This document shows positions 63,571 to 64,000 of a stretch of DNA of 64,000 nt, piece by piece. Position 1 is the first letter of the stretch; each line of letters starts with the position of its first letter. Location: the NCBI GenBank assembly GCA_964106645.2, contig OZ067043.1; one strand, given 5' to 3'. Made by a program: the position numbers and the translations under genes. Source of the DNA: Podarcis pityusensis (lineage: Eukaryota). Below the pieces are notes generated by a model, which was not told the origin of the DNA, ran no database searches, and saw only the letters and a program-made list of their open reading frames with translations.

Positions 63571-64000
63571 TCTTGCATCTGCCTTTCCCACCTTTCCTGC
63601 CAGTCCCCCCCCCCCATCTTCCACAGGAGGGAAATATTGCCTTGGGGAAAGGGTTAACAGGTGAGGGAGAGCAAAAGAGTGGATCAGGCAAGTGGACAAG
63701 GCGACATCCTGCATGAAGTGTTGGACACACAATCCCTAAGACTGGGAGAGGGCCTTTTTGGTGGTGGGCCCTGTTTATGGAATGCTTTCCCCAGAGAGGA
63801 TTGCCCGATGCCTATTCTTGCTATCGTTCTGTCACCAAGTGAAGACCATTAAACATTCTCCATGGTCTTAATTTTAAAACCAAAATATTATTTCTTCTAG
63901 TTGTTTGCCTACTGGTTTGGCTTTCATATTTATTTATTTTTTGCGTTTTTCATTGTGTAAATCATTCTGAGGCTATTTATATTGAAGGAGAGGTTTTGAC

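Noticed and set aside
46000-64000. AGBL4 3' exons, expected from mammalian synteny
   Set aside because: No recognisable carboxypeptidase or AGBL4 C-terminal sequence.

Overview
Vertebrate genomic DNA from a squamate reptile, most likely a lacertid lizard, judged from six Sauria-type SINE copies plus a tRNA-Ile/CR1-tail SINE. It is not prokaryotic. The only confidently recognisable host gene is SPATA6 on the minus strand. All 13 coding exons can be assembled with GT-AG boundaries and consistent phases (ATG 45603 to TAA 18603, 1470 nt, 489 aa), driven from a CpG-island promoter at about 45.4-45.95 kb carrying RFX, MYB and ETS-CRE-like sites. The rest is intronic or intergenic DNA rich in TEs: a young, nearly intact 4-kb L2-clade LINE; L1, CR1 and RTE 3' fragments; hAT, Tigger-like and Harbinger-like MITEs; several nested insertions; and Penelope-type hammerhead remnants. 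The most notable observations are (i) the L2 ORF1 and ORF2 lie in one frame separated by TGA-CAG-TTA-ATG, a canonical CARYYA read-through context, (ii) an inverted MITE pair brackets SPATA6 exons 4-6, which is circRNA geometry, (iii) orphan spliceable coding-like exons lie downstream of SPATA6, and (iv) a divergent spliced transcript may arise from the promoter. Family names and homologies come from recalled sequences, not from searches.
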